64,000 bases of DNA from Spirochaetota bacterium (GTDB lineage Bacteria > Spirochaetota > UBA4802 > UBA5550): NCBI GenBank assembly GCA_963664815.2, contig CAXXHB010000003.1, forward strand, positions 3,200,001-3,264,000. Reading direction: 5' to 3'. The notes below the pieces were generated by a model, which had not been told where the DNA came from, did not search any database, and saw only the letters and a program-made list of their open reading frames with translations. Position numbers and translations under genes: made by a program. Shown here piece after piece: positions 63,763-64,000 of the stretch. Position 1 is the stretch's first letter; every line of letters starts with the position of its first letter.

Positions 63763-64000
63763 TTACTGAACTGTCCTGACTTTATTAAGAGTCTCTTCTA
63801 CAAGAGTTTTCTGATCATTCGGATTAAGGTTCTTATTGATTATTTTTGCAGCTATGTCTGTCGAAAGGACAACAATTTCTGCTTTAATGTCAGCAAGAGC
63901 TTTATCTTTTGCCAGAACTATCTCTTTTTTAGCTCTATCTGATATATCCTTAGCATCAGCTCCTGCTTTTTCAATGATTTCATGTCTCATCTTTTCCGCT
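63763..64000 (-). CDS. atpF: ATP synthase b subunit (3' part; start outside window)
   Basis: Coiled-coil ...AKKEI..AKDKALADIKAEIV.LS..IAAKII; operon position. Confidence 0.85.
   Translation of the reverse strand, partial: AEKMRHEIIEKAGADAKDISDRAKKEIVLAKDKALADIKAEIVVLSTDIAAKIINKNLNPNDQKTLVEETLNKVRTVQ

Overview
AT-rich bacterial chromosomal window, most likely from a spirochaete (inferred from gene content and style, not verified). About 13.7-64 kb is mostly housekeeping: hrcA-grpE-dnaK-dnaJ with a perfect CIRCE, an ECF sigma/anti-sigma pair, xpt with a BMP purine/nucleoside ABC transporter, yggS-proC and part of an F-type ATP synthase operon. The first ~13.5 kb is an accessory region that reads as an integron-like gene-cassette array with no integrase in the window. 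It has five attC-like sites, and the cassettes have self-complementary GTT.../...AAC ends. Cargo includes lipoproteins, TetR plus a methyltransferase, and probably an ApaLI-like R-M pair. The cassette junctions are repeatedly occupied by mobile-element ends. Two different IS91-family 3' ends each show an oriIS-like motif followed by an attC-like hairpin beginning GTCCAAC and join directly to cassettes. Two IS1182-like ends abut AAC cores. Two copies of a group II intron 3' end sit at cassette starts and carry an identical 24-nt insertion in the domain V loop. Also notable are a DUF1566-like gene with a DGR-style variable region, and a small basic protein flanked by 11-bp-periodic and ~78-bp repeats. 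All calls come from reading the sequence by eye; no database searches were run.
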